Below the pieces are notes generated by a model, which saw only the letters and a list, made by a program, of their open reading frames with translations, had not been told where the DNA came from and did not search any database. The translations under genes were made by a program, and so were the position numbers. This document shows, one piece after another, positions 33,531 to 33,621 of a DNA stretch of 33,621 nucleotides. This DNA comes from a virus. The stretch spans positions 1 through 33,621 of the IMG/VR virus record IMGVR_UViG_2799112904_000001; one strand, written 5' to 3'. Positions within the stretch are counted from its first letter, which is position 1. The number at the start of each line of letters is the position of its first letter.

Positions 33531-33621
33531 ATCACACCTCATTCAATCCACCAACTACATGCTTCAAGTTCCTTTCTTACTTCATCTTCTTTTTCTTTCT
33601 GTAATTCTTTATCAGAATCAT
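33524..33621. repeat. Terminal direct repeat, copy 2
   Basis: Identical to 1-98. Confidence 0.97.

Noticed and set aside
1-33621. Stop-codon reassignment (alternative genetic code)
   Set aside because: Long genes are intact under code 11, and TAA, TAG and TGA all end well-packed genes

Overview
A complete, circularly permuted genome of about 33.5 kb from an AT-rich siphovirus (class Caudoviricetes). The last 98 nt repeat the first 98 nt, most likely an assembly overlap. The host is probably a low-GC Bacillota, judged from sigmaA-type promoters, GGAGG/AGAAAGG Shine-Dalgarno (SD) sites and a CwlA/XlyA-type amidase endolysin. All credible genes are on the minus strand. In transcription order (high to low coordinates): small early-type ORFs; a tail-assembly-chaperone-like gene pair joined by an apparent +1 frameshift and located about 12 kb from the tail genes; three glycosyltransferase genes; terminase; portal, head and tail genes; a short moron-like cassette; tail fibre; holin and endolysin; replication and recombination genes (initiator with DnaD domain, G39P-like protein, Sak/Rad52, SSB, NinB, RusA). 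I found no integrase, CI/LexA peptidase, helicase, polymerase, tRNA or CRISPR array. There are five HNH genes and one truncated GIY-YIG gene; three of the HNH genes have a dedicated promoter plus a structured leader or an inverted repeat. The most notable unannotated element is a promoter-to-terminator, four-hairpin RNA of about 125 nt (6528-6653). It carries a perfect 19-nt antisense match to the ribosome-binding site of the transcript from the consensus early promoter about 2.2 kb away. All analysis was by eye; family assignments rest on recalled motifs and no database search was run.
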